In this document: one piece after another, positions 1-9,372 of the stretch
How positions within the stretch are numbered: position 1 is the first letter of the stretch
How the letters are laid out: every line of letters starts with the position of its first letter
DNA from: an uncultured Candidatus Saccharibacteria bacterium
GTDB lineage: Bacteria > Patescibacteriota > Minisyncoccia > Phycocordibacterales > JAACPR01
Reading direction: 5' to 3'
Assembly: GCA_964630375.1 (NCBI GenBank)
Contig: CAZVRT010000003.1
Location: 41,972 to 105,971 of the forward strand
Length of the DNA stretch: 64,000 bases
Program-made: the position numbers and the translations under genes
Notes under the pieces: model-generated
Seen by the model: the letters and a program-made list of their open reading frames with translations, nothing else
What the model was told of the DNA's origin: nothing
Database searches by the model: none

Positions 1-2730
1 GCAAAAACTTCGGGGCTTTTTCCATTGAATCAATAATTTCATCACTTGTTGGAAGTTTCTTTGTATATAGATATTCTCCAACTAATTGCTTTAATTTTTC
101 ATCTGAAATATTCTCTTCATTTGCAAGATTGTGAATCATTTTAAAACGTTCTGTATTCCAAAAACCATCAAAATAATTCTCAACGCTTGAATTTTGAGGA
201 ATATTTGGCAAATGATCTTCAATAAATTTTTTGATTAAATCTTTCTTTTTTCTAAGTTGAATATCTCTATCAAATATTTTCAAAATATCGTCTGTTTTCT
301 TTTTTCTAACATCATCAGAAGTAATATCTCTCAATCCTGCAATCAATTGTATGATATAATCAAAGTTAATTATATCTTTTAGAGTGAGTTCTATTTCAAA
401 ATCAATTTCATCTAAAATTGACTCTCTGTACCTTTCATCAGTTTTTCTTTCTTGATAAATGTCTAAATACTTACTTTGATAATCATAAAATTCTTGTTCA
501 GAAATTCCTAAATCATTAAAATTAAATTCTGCATAAGTTTCTAATGAAGATTTTATTCTCAATAAATCTCTAAAATCTTTAATAAAATCAGCTTTTTCTT
601 CTTCACCTCTTAAATCATCTACCGAATCAATTGTTGGAACTTTTTCTTTCAAAGATTTTAATTTCTCTTCAAAATCAATTTTCTGAGTTTCGTATGGTTT
701 TTTAAACACAACCTCTTTTGCATTCTCATCACCAAACAAAGCCAGCGCCTTATCTGTCGCCTCTTTTAAATTTCTAAAAGAAACAATATTTCCGTGAGGT
801 TTATCAGAACTTAGAAGTCTATTTGTTCTTGAATAAGCTTGAATCAATCCGTGATATTTTAAATTTTTATCAACATACAAAGTATTTAAAAACGGGCTAT
901 CAAAACCAGTCAGAAACATATTTACCACCAAAATTAAATCTATCTCTTTATTCTTAACTCGCTTTTGAACATCTCGATAATAATCATAAAAAATATTTGT
1001 AGAAAAATTAGTATTAAATTCTTGGTTATAATCCTTTATACAATCTTCAAGAAAATCTCTAGAATGTTGATTTATAGAATCTTCTTCGTCCAAGAAAATA
1101 TCGCCGTCCAACACATCAGGACTTTCATCTTCATTTGCTTGATATGTAAAAATTGTTGCGATTTTAAAATCATCAGACTTCAATTCTTTTAATTTTTTAT
1201 AATATTTTTTCAAAACATCTACGGACGAAACAGCAAATATTGCGTTAAACTTTCCATCTTTAGTTTTTCGATTCCAGTCACTCAAAATATATTCGGAAAT
1301 TTTTCCAATCCGCATATCACTTTCTAAAACTTCTCTTGAATTAATATCATCAACTAAAATATCTGTTTCAATCTGTTCATTTGAAATTATATCGGAATCT
1401 TTCTTTGTATATTTACCAACATACTCAACCGCAAAGCCAAGAACATTATTATCTGAAATTGCATTTGTAATAATATATTTATGCAAACAGTCACCAAAAA
1501 TATCTTTTGTTGTAGATTTTTGAATATTATTTTCAGCAAAAATTGGTGTTCCTGTAAATCCAAAAAGTTGAGATTGTGCAAAAAAGTTTTTTATCTTTGT
1601 GTGAGTTTTTCCAAAATGACCACGATGACATTCATCAAAAATAATCACAACTTTTTTATCTTTTAAATATTCAAGTTCTTTAGAAAATCTATTTTTACTT
1701 ACAGCCAATTCAAGCTTTTGTATAGTTGTAACAATAAGTTTTCGTTTTTGATCTTGCAATTGAGTCACAAGACTTCTTGTGTAATTTGTTCCATCAACAG
1801 AACCATCCGAAAATGAATTGAACTCTTTTGTTGTTTGAATATCTAAATCTTTTCTATCTACAACAAATAAAACTTTTTCAATTTCTGGCATCCTAGAAAG
1901 AATCTGGCTTGTTTTGTAAGAAGTAAGAGTTTTTCCCGAACCTGTTGTATGCCAAATATATCCATTTTTATTTGAATTTTTTACTCTTTCTTCTATGGCT
2001 TTTACCGCATAATATTGATATGGACGCAAAATCATTGGCGCTTGTTTCGCTTCTGCCAAAACAATATGTTCAGCTATAATTTCTGACAAAAAACATTTTT
2101 CCAAAAATACATTTGTAAACTCATTTAGATTTGTAATTTTTTTATTTTCTTTATCCGTCCAATAAAAAGTTTGTTCAAAATTTTGCTTTGGATTGTTTGA
2201 AAAATATTTTGTGTTTACTCCGTTTGAAATAACAAATATTTGTATGTATTCAAATAATGAATTTGAATATGAGTGTTTGTGATATCTTTGAATTTGATTA
2301 AAAGCCTCTTTCATTTCAAGTCCACGACGCTTCAATTCAATTTGCACCAATGGCAATCCGTTTATAAGTAATGTCACATCGTATCTGTTTGCATATCTTC
2401 CCTCTTGAGAAATTTGTTGAGCAACTTGATATTCATTTCTACACCATTGTTCGGTATTAAAAAATCTCATAGAAAAAGTTGTTTCGTTATCTCTTTTTAA
2501 ATTAAACCTATCTCGCAACGATTTTGCTTTGTAGAATCTGTCTCCTTTTAAAAGATGATTATAAATTTTCTCAAATTCCGGTTCAGAAAAAGTTGTTTCA
2601 TTAAAAATCTCGAGCTGTTTTTTAAGATTTTGCTCAAGGCTTTTTGAATCCGGCAAAACAACATACTCAAAACCACCTGTTTTAAGGTTTTCAATTAATT
2701 GCTGTTCGAGCTGTTGTTCGGATTGGGACA
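1..2730 (-). CDS. hsdR: Type I restriction enzyme R subunit (HsdR), N-terminal about 910 aa. The gene runs off the window start and is not in the ORF track.
   Basis: My own minus-strand translation starts with ATG at 2728-2730 (MSQSEQQLEQQ...). It contains Walker A HTTGSGKTLTS and the DEAD-box-like VVIIFDECHRG. No stop codon occurs before the window edge. Confidence 0.85.
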
Positions 2731-2735
2731 TATTT

Positions 2736-3068
2736 TTATTTTTTTAATATATCATTAACACGACTTTTGTCATTGTTAGCTTTATCTCCTTTGTAATACA
2801 TTTCTATAAAAAGAAGTTCTATTTTTTCGCAATCATATTTATAAATTACCCTAAAATCAGCGCCTTTTATAGATCTGCACATCATACGAACTTTAAATAT
2901 ACAAACCTCCTCATCTTGCGTTAATAAATTCCAGTGCCTTGTTCCGTCACCTTTTGGCTCTGCAGATATCGCACTTAAAAGAATATTAAAATCCCCTTCC
3001 AGAGTTGGATATTTTTTAGACAATCTTTTGAAATCTTTATTAAACTCATCCGTGCGGTAAACATTCAT
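2736..3068 (-). CDS. RelE/ParE-superfamily (HigB-like) type II toxin
   Basis: 110 aa. The C-terminal GADFRVIYKYDCEKIELLFIEMYYKGDKAN aligns with the RelE core (GDYRVIY..DDE..LVL..GHRKDVY). It lies 12 nt downstream of its partner on the same strand. Confidence 0.6.
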   Translation of the reverse strand: MNVYRTDEFNKDFKRLSKKYPTLEGDFNILLSAISAEPKGDGTRHWNLLTQDEEVCIFKVRMMCRSIKGADFRVIYKYDCEKIELLFIEMYYKGDKANNDKSRVNDILKK

Positions 3069-3080
3069 AATAAATTTACG

Positions 3081-3794
3081 CTACAACGGATCGTAATCTT
3101 TTACAGAAAACTCTTCCGAACGATAAAACACATGCTCGTACTCTAAATCTTCACCAAATTTTGCAGCTTTCCATGGCATATCACGATGCGAGATATCCGA
3201 TAATTGAGTGGCTGTTTTATCTGAATATCTATCAAGCACATCATCTATCATTTCAAGCTCTTGACCATTTAATAAACTTAGATCAGGTTTGGACAACGGC
3301 AAAAACTTCTTTTGGTCGTGAGAAAAAAATTTTGATTGAACAGCTACCAACTCTTCATTTGCAGCCATTGTTGCAACTACTTTTGTAAAATTTCTTGGAG
3401 CTGGACCGTGTGTATTTTTAAAATAAGTTAGCCCCATTAATTGTTTTTCGTATTTTTCATAATAATCAAAATCAATAAAGTATAGGAGTTTGTATAACAC
3501 AGTCATTCCCACATTTGGCTTTGCACCAACTTTTTCCAAAATATACAAGAGAACTTGTTTGAATTTTTCAATTTTTTCTTCTGGAACATTAAAACGAATT
3601 TGTTCCAGTTTTTCCTCCAACTCAAAAGACGCAAAAAAATCTTCAATTTTTTTGCTTTCTTCTCCTGTTAAATCTCGTTCTCCCTTTTCAATCTTTGCAA
3701 GTGTTTGTCTAGTTATTCCTAACACATTTGCCAACTGCTCTTGTGATACATCAAACTTCTTTCTTCTATTTTGAATTGATTGAACCATATACAA
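3081..3794 (-). CDS. HTH-XRE plus Panacea (DUF4065) domain antitoxin
   Basis: The N-terminus (QEQLANVLGITRQTLAKIEKGER) is a Cro/C1-type HTH. The central GMTVLYKLLYFIDFDYYEKYEKQLMGLTYFKNTHGPAP matches the Panacea LQKLLYFA..G.tY...yGPv core. It sits directly upstream of the RelE-like gene. Confidence 0.6.
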   Translation of the reverse strand: MYMVQSIQNRRKKFDVSQEQLANVLGITRQTLAKIEKGERDLTGEESKKIEDFFASFELEEKLEQIRFNVPEEKIEKFKQVLLYILEKVGAKPNVGMTVLYKLLYFIDFDYYEKYEKQLMGLTYFKNTHGPAPRNFTKVVATMAANEELVAVQSKFFSHDQKKFLPLSKPDLSLLNGQELEMIDDVLDRYSDKTATQLSDISHRDMPWKAAKFGEDLEYEHVFYRSEEFSVKDYDPL

Positions 3795-3907
3795 AACATC
3801 ATAACATTAAATGTTAAAATTAACAATAGTACATGTTAATAACTTGTTGTAGGATTAAAAGTGCCAAAAGACAACTTAGCAATGCTTTTGGTTTAATTAA
3901 AAATATT

Positions 3908-4111
3908 ATGCGTTATTATGTAAATAAAAATGCACAACCAAATGGTGACCATGAGGTTCATACATCTACTTGCAACTGGATTCCAAATTCAGAAAATAGA
4001 ATTTACTTAGGTGAATTTCTTTTCTGTTCAAGTGCTGTGTCTGAAGCTCGAAGGTACTTTAAACAATGTAATGGTTGCTACTACTGTGCAAATGCATGTC
4101 ATACATCGTAA
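3908..4111 (+). CDS. Small Cys/His-rich protein with a C-terminal CxxCxxCxxxC (ferredoxin-like) motif
   Basis: 67-aa ORF starting MRYYVNKN within track ORF 3833..4111. It ends ...CNGCYYCANACH. It is the only plus-strand gene in the locus and is followed by an intrinsic terminator. Confidence 0.3.
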   Translation: MRYYVNKNAQPNGDHEVHTSTCNWIPNSENRIYLGEFLFCSSAVSEARRYFKQCNGCYYCANACHTS

Positions 4112-4117
4112 AAAATA

Positions 4118-4160
4118 AAAGCCACTTTTCTTATCGCATTTGAAGAGTGGTTTTTATTTT
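4118..4160 (+). terminator. Rho-independent terminator after the small Cys-rich ORF
   Basis: 9-bp stem CCACTTTTC / GAAGAGTGG (4122-4130 with 4142-4150, one G-U pair), followed by a T-run at 4151-4155. Confidence 0.5.
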
Positions 4161-4205
4161 TTATTTACATAGTTAAACATTATTTAGATACGCTATCATA
4201 CTTAA

Positions 4206-5033
4206 TCATTTAAAATCTGAATCGTTAAAATAAACCAACACCACACCATGTTTGTCCACAACATTTTTTACAAAACTAATTTTCCTTTTAAAATTCTCAT
4301 TATCCGAGTAAGTATCTTTTGTCCATTCTTTGATCAAAATACCAAACGCACCCCTTACAAGCTCTCGTAAATCAATAGAAGATAACATAATTAGTGAACC
4401 ATTCTTTTTAGCAATAGCGCGTTTTTCCAACTGCATTACTCTGTCCCTATCTTGATTGGCGTAGATACCTATTGAATCCTTTGGCAATGAAAAGAAATGG
4501 ACTAAAGAATTACGAAGACGAATAATTTTACCAGAATCTAATTTTTTAAATCTATTCTTATGTAATTTATAATAATCATTATCTTCTGATAACAAAAACT
4601 TCTTAATAAATCCCTTCCTAAATTCAGGATCTTTCATTGCAATATTTCGTAAATCATTTTCACCATCGACCTCTTTTGAATACGCTATATACAAAAAATA
4701 CATGACCTCTAGCTGTGTAAACAAATGAATCATTTGAGTTCTTATGGGAATATGGTATTTCAAAACATCCGCAAAATTTCTAGGGTCTTTTTTTAAATTA
4801 TATGACCATCCTTCAACATTACTATCTTGTAAAGCCTTAGATAAACTCTCCGTTAATCCAAGTAATTCACTATAATATTCGCGTACTTCTTCAAGTCTTT
4901 TTTCAAACTCAAAGATAATATCAGACTCTCGTTCCATATCTATAAGAAAATCAAAAATTTTGCGAATATTTGGAGATATTTGTATATTTTTCCCATCAAA
5001 AACAATATGGGTACTTTCATTAAGTTTATTCAT
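4206..5033 (-). CDS. HEPN-motif (Abi_2/DUF4145-like) protein, a putative RM-linked abortive-infection RNase
   Basis: 275 aa. It contains RLRNSLVHF, which matches the HEPN Rx4-6H motif (RN..aH). It is located between hsdS and hsdR, the position PrrC/RloC-type genes occupy in other type I loci. Confidence 0.4.
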   Translation of the reverse strand: MNKLNESTHIVFDGKNIQISPNIRKIFDFLIDMERESDIIFEFEKRLEEVREYYSELLGLTESLSKALQDSNVEGWSYNLKKDPRNFADVLKYHIPIRTQMIHLFTQLEVMYFLYIAYSKEVDGENDLRNIAMKDPEFRKGFIKKFLLSEDNDYYKLHKNRFKKLDSGKIIRLRNSLVHFFSLPKDSIGIYANQDRDRVMQLEKRAIAKKNGSLIMLSSIDLRELVRGAFGILIKEWTKDTYSDNENFKRKISFVKNVVDKHGVVLVYFNDSDFK

Positions 5034-5044
5034 AATTCTTATTA

Positions 5045-6151
5045 TTATACAAACAACCTATATATCAAACCATTTTTCCATTCTTCTGCTTGGGTGATTT
5101 GTTCTTGTTTAGATTCTAGTAAGTAGTCAGCCAATGATAAAAATTCTGCGATTTTTTGTTGTTCTGATAATGATGGAACTAAAAAATTTCCCTTTTTAAG
5201 AATAGAAAAGTGCCTTTTATATCCTTCAGCCTGAATTGGATTTGACCATAGAAGATAATACAAAAATTTTATATTATCCTGATTTTTATTAACCAAAATC
5301 TTAGTTCCATCTGCCCCAATAACAAATTCAAAATCAATATATTTCAACATGGTCGTATGGTCGCCAAAAATAATTACGGGACTTTGTTTAAATAATTTTT
5401 TTGAATTATTTGAATATCCTGAAATTAAATCTTGTCCTTGATCAACTACTTTATATTTTCCTTCAACTAAAATCTCTGAGTTTTTGATTTGATATTCTTT
5501 TGTAGAAATATTTTTATAAAGTTCATCAAACCTCTTTTCTTCCCACTCTGCAAAATCATTTCCATTTTCGTCTTTAAAACGAATCTGCTTAGAAAAGATT
5601 TTTTGCATCAGACATTTTTTGTAGGATTCAAGGGATTTTTTCTGCTCTCGCAGATTTTCAATCCATTCATCCACACCACCCAAAAATGAAGCGATTTTTT
5701 GTTGTTCTGGGAGTTTTGGAAGATTTATTTTTATTTTTTCAATTGTAGTTTTTGAAAGGCTTGGAACTCCAGAAGCCTCATTGTACTTTTGCCAATTAAT
5801 TTTCTTGAAAATTGTTTCTGTAAATTTTGGAAGTATCCCATTAAAATCGTAAGTATAAAATAAAGTATCAACCGTCCAAAAATCCCCGTTATAATAAAAA
5901 GGTTTATCAATTGTTCCTTTCCGCCCAATCATCACAGACTCGCCTGAATAAAGCGACTCATCTACAGACAACATATAACCACCTGTACCAAAAACTGGAA
6001 TATCACCTTTTTTCAAATGCTTATAATCTCTTCCGTTTCCAATTTTTAGAACCTGCCCAATATTTTTCTCCTCCCACGCACCTTCAAAACCCGGAAAGCG
6101 AAGTTTGGGTATTTTGCTTTCAGTATTCTTTTGTATGCTGGTTTTTTGCAT
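5045..6151 (-). CDS. hsdS: Type I restriction-modification specificity subunit (HsdS)
   Basis: Two target-recognition domains separated by conserved regions LPKLPEQQKIASFLG and VPSLSEQQKIAEFLS..LIYRLF. Confidence 0.85.
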   Translation of the reverse strand: MQKTSIQKNTESKIPKLRFPGFEGAWEEKNIGQVLKIGNGRDYKHLKKGDIPVFGTGGYMLSVDESLYSGESVMIGRKGTIDKPFYYNGDFWTVDTLFYTYDFNGILPKFTETIFKKINWQKYNEASGVPSLSKTTIEKIKINLPKLPEQQKIASFLGGVDEWIENLREQKKSLESYKKCLMQKIFSKQIRFKDENGNDFAEWEEKRFDELYKNISTKEYQIKNSEILVEGKYKVVDQGQDLISGYSNNSKKLFKQSPVIIFGDHTTMLKYIDFEFVIGADGTKILVNKNQDNIKFLYYLLWSNPIQAEGYKRHFSILKKGNFLVPSLSEQQKIAEFLSLADYLLESKQEQITQAEEWKNGLIYRLFV

Positions 6152-6154
6152 ATC

Positions 6155-6247
6155 TAATTGCGGGTAATTGCGGGTAATAAAAGTAAAATGTATATTTCCA
6201 AAAAACCCTTATTTTTCAAGGTTTTTTGGCATTGTGGGTAATTGCGG
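6155..6247. repeat. Three copies of GGGTAATTGCGG: two in tandem at 6155-6178 and one at 6235-6247, flanking a terminator-like hairpin
   Basis: taattgcgggtaattgcgggtaat lies directly upstream of the hsdS start. tgggtaattgcgg overlaps the stop of the upstream gene. Confidence 0.4.
6200..6228 (-). terminator. Terminator-like hairpin after the AlbA_2/HATPase gene
   Basis: Stem AACCCTT / AAGGTTT with a loop, followed by a T-run on the minus strand. Confidence 0.4.
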
Positions 6248-7663
6248 TTAGAACTTTGCCTCATAATATGTGTTAATTGACTCCCCTTCTTGAGAAATAA
6301 GTCCGATATCTTTCATTTTTTTAAAGTCTGTCTTTATAGTTTCTGGAGACACTTCTGGAATTAAACCTTCAATTTCTCTTCTTGTTACTTTTCCTGATTC
6401 AATAACTTTTTCCCAAATCTTTAATTGACGAACATTAAGATGACTCAGTTTTTCTCCTGGCAAGATTACCTTAAAACTATTTGATGAGTTTTTAAAAATT
6501 GGCGGAAGTAACCCCCATTGAGACATTTCAGTAAATACAATATCAATACCTCGTCCATACTCTTCTAAATAATCTAAATCTTTTAACCGCCCTGCAATTA
6601 TTTTATTTCTACTCATCTGGGAATCTCGAATATTTTCAACAGTTACACCAAGTGGAAGATTTCCAGGATTATACACTTCGATACGGTCTTCAAAGATATT
6701 CACTTGAGTATATGTTTCAGTTATACGATAATCTCGGTGTATCACTGCATTTGCAACAATTTCACGAATTGCTTTTTCCGGATATTCATATTTTTCAATT
6801 CTCTTTGCTCCAATAATCTCAGCTCTCTTTTGAATATTTTTTAAAATAAAATGTTGCATTCCATCTATTTGTTCATCTAATGTTCCATCTAGATCAACAG
6901 AATCTAAAATATCTGAACTTACGCCAGAACCTTTATATCTAACACAACGAATTTTGTATCTTTCAAAAAATATTTTCTTTTGAGGTAGATCCTTTGCAAA
7001 AATAAGGAATCCAGCAATAGTTGGAACGAATGAACCATTATTATTTGTAATAATCCCTATGTTTTTTAGAGTTTCATTTTTTACTTCATTAAAATCTCGT
7101 TTTACCTTGTCTGCACTTTTAGCAAGAAAAAAATCAATTTTTTTAGTATCCAAATCATCCAACAAAGTATCTTCTGCTATCTTTTTATCATAGTCGTCAC
7201 CCTGTGCATTTTTAATAAAACTCTTCATTTCATCTTCTGTGATTTTTCTATCAGTATTTCCATCTCGAAGATACGCAGAACCCATGCCTGTTTTCTTTAA
7301 ATACACCGGTTTATCATGATTGCCTCTTTCAGGGACATATACAGCCAATACCTGTTTATTATTTAAATCTATAAAATAGAAATCAAGACGGATAACAACA
7401 CTCATATCATTACTTGTAAGTTGAGTTATTCTTTCTTGAATGTCAGCAAAATCAATTTCTACATGAGTTAATTTTCTCGTTTGCACATCTTCAGCAACAC
7501 CAAAAACAATAATACCTCCTTTTGTATTTGCAAAAGCAGAAATAGTATTACTTACAGGATCTTTTGAGAAACCACCCCGAGCATCTTTAAATTCTACAAA
7601 ATCCGTTTCTGTGTTTTGATGAATTGCTTGTTCTATTTGTTTTTTTATATTTTCTAAATTCAT
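6248..7663 (-). CDS. AlbA_2 (Schlafen-like 'divergent AAA') plus HATPase_c_4 domain protein, embedded in the type I RM locus
   Basis: N-terminal ...ETDFVEFK..ISAFANTKGGIIVFGV. C-terminal REIVANAVIHRDY...DRIEVYNPG, typical of the RecG-C-terminal-like ATPase domain. Confidence 0.65.
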   Translation of the reverse strand: MNLENIKKQIEQAIHQNTETDFVEFKDARGGFSKDPVSNTISAFANTKGGIIVFGVAEDVQTRKLTHVEIDFADIQERITQLTSNDMSVVIRLDFYFIDLNNKQVLAVYVPERGNHDKPVYLKKTGMGSAYLRDGNTDRKITEDEMKSFIKNAQGDDYDKKIAEDTLLDDLDTKKIDFFLAKSADKVKRDFNEVKNETLKNIGIITNNNGSFVPTIAGFLIFAKDLPQKKIFFERYKIRCVRYKGSGVSSDILDSVDLDGTLDEQIDGMQHFILKNIQKRAEIIGAKRIEKYEYPEKAIREIVANAVIHRDYRITETYTQVNIFEDRIEVYNPGNLPLGVTVENIRDSQMSRNKIIAGRLKDLDYLEEYGRGIDIVFTEMSQWGLLPPIFKNSSNSFKVILPGEKLSHLNVRQLKIWEKVIESGKVTRREIEGLIPEVSPETIKTDFKKMKDIGLISQEGESINTYYEAKF

Positions 7664-7696
7664 ATTATTTAAGTTATTCAGGATTTCTTAATAAGT

Positions 7697-7723
7697 GAGT
7701 TATCCGGAAATTCCGGATAACTC
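7697..7723. promoter_or_regulatory. 27-bp near-perfect palindrome between the hsdM stop and the AlbA_2 gene
   Basis: gagttatccggaa a ttccggataactc (13-bp arms). It lies immediately after the hsdM stop with no T-run, so it looks more like an operator or processing site than a terminator. Confidence 0.35.
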
Positions 7724-7724
7724 A

Positions 7725-9302
7725 TCAAAACGGCTTATCAATCCCCAACTCCTCACAAAAATTTGCCAGCTTTGATTGCAAAGATTTTTCTTCTTTTTGT
7801 AAAGTTTGTAAATTTTTAGCAACTGCCTCAATATCAATCTCCTCTTCCTCTTCAAATGTATCGACATACCTAGGAATATTTAAATTAAAATCATTTTCAA
7901 TTATTTCTTCTAGTTTTGCATTGTGAGAATATTTCTCGATTTCTTTTCGGTTTTTATAAGTATCAAAAATTTTATCAAGATGTTCATCTGAAAGTGTATT
8001 TTGATTTTTATTTTTCAAAAATCCCTTAGATGCATCAATAAACAAAATTGAATTATCTTTTTTACGACATTTTTTAAATACCAAAATTGTCGCGGGAATT
8101 GATGTTCCGTAAAATAAATTTGAAGGTAACCCAATGACAGTATCGAGGTAATTTTGCTTTTCAATTATATATCTTCGAATCACCGCTTCCGCACCAGACC
8201 TAAATAGCGCACCGTGCGGCAACACAACAGCCATCGTTCCATTTTCAGCCAAGTGATGCAACATATGTGTCACAAATGCATAATCAGCGGCGCTCTTTGG
8301 TGCCAATCTGCCGTATTGAGTAAATCTTTCGTCTTGAGCAAGCACAGGATCTTCATCTCCTTTCCATTTTGCAGAAAACGGAGGATTGGCAATAATAGCT
8401 TCAGCTCTTAAATCAGGGAACATATCCTCAACAAGTGTGTCACCTTGCATAATTGAAAAATTTCTAAAATTCACACCATGCAAAATCATGTTCATCCTCG
8501 CAAGGTTGTATGTTGTTTGATTCAACTCCTGCCCAAAATAATCAGAAACATTTGTATAATCTTTCATTCTCAATAACAAAGAACCAGATCCACAAGTCGG
8601 ATCGTAAACAGATTTAATTCTTTTTTTATCGTCTGAAACAATTCTTGCCAATAATCTAGACACTTGCACAGGAGTATAAAATTCTCCCCCCTTTTTTCCT
8701 GCTCCAGCAGCAAATTCTCCAATCAAATACTCATAAGCATCACCAAGAATGTCACTCTTTGGATTATCCAAATCAAAATCAATTTCATTTAACAAAGAAA
8801 ATATTTCTACAACAACTTCATTTTTTGCATTTTCTCTTGAACCTAATTTATTTGAATTTAAATCAATGTCTTCAAACAAACCTTTGAAGTCATCTTCGCT
8901 TTCTGTTCCTGAAGAAGTTTTTTCAATATGATTAAAGACTTTTTTAACATCTTCGATAATAAAAGTATCTTGCCCTTTGATTTTTCCTTTACCTTTCTGA
9001 ACAATATATGAAAATAATTCTTTTGGTTTCAAGAAAAAACCTAAATGCTCTAAACAAGCTTCTTGTATATGCTCAAGATATTCTTTTCCCTCTTTGGTTT
9101 TTTCATCAACTTCCTCAAACTTTAAACCCTCATCGTTAAGGAGTTTTTCATTAACATATCCTTCAAGTCTTTCAGATAGATATTTATAGAAAATGAATCC
9201 AAGAATATAGTTTTTATACTCATCAGCATTCATTTTGCCTCGAAGAATATTTGCCACCGCCCAAAGTTGTTTCTCTAAAATCTTCTTCTGATCTTCTGAC
9301 AT
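7725..9302 (-). CDS. hsdM: Type I RM N6-adenine DNA methyltransferase (HsdM)
   Basis: Motif I VYDPTCGSGSLLL and motif IV IIANPPFSAKWKG (NPPF). Confidence 0.9.
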   Translation of the reverse strand: MSEDQKKILEKQLWAVANILRGKMNADEYKNYILGFIFYKYLSERLEGYVNEKLLNDEGLKFEEVDEKTKEGKEYLEHIQEACLEHLGFFLKPKELFSYIVQKGKGKIKGQDTFIIEDVKKVFNHIEKTSSGTESEDDFKGLFEDIDLNSNKLGSRENAKNEVVVEIFSLLNEIDFDLDNPKSDILGDAYEYLIGEFAAGAGKKGGEFYTPVQVSRLLARIVSDDKKRIKSVYDPTCGSGSLLLRMKDYTNVSDYFGQELNQTTYNLARMNMILHGVNFRNFSIMQGDTLVEDMFPDLRAEAIIANPPFSAKWKGDEDPVLAQDERFTQYGRLAPKSAADYAFVTHMLHHLAENGTMAVVLPHGALFRSGAEAVIRRYIIEKQNYLDTVIGLPSNLFYGTSIPATILVFKKCRKKDNSILFIDASKGFLKNKNQNTLSDEHLDKIFDTYKNRKEIEKYSHNAKLEEIIENDFNLNIPRYVDTFEEEEEIDIEAVAKNLQTLQKEEKSLQSKLANFCEELGIDKPF

Positions 9303-9372
9303 AGTAGGTATATACTACCATTTTTCAAATGGTTGATAAATAAAGCCTAAATAAAGGTTTAAATTCAGGTTT

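Noticed and set aside
5489-6177. Short ORFs antisense to hsdS, and the other 60-150-aa antisense ORFs throughout the window (for example 12326-12778, 19703-20290, 43921-44376)
   Set aside because: They are fully embedded opposite well-supported genes, and their low-complexity Ile/Phe/Leu-rich translations are typical of AT-rich antisense frames.
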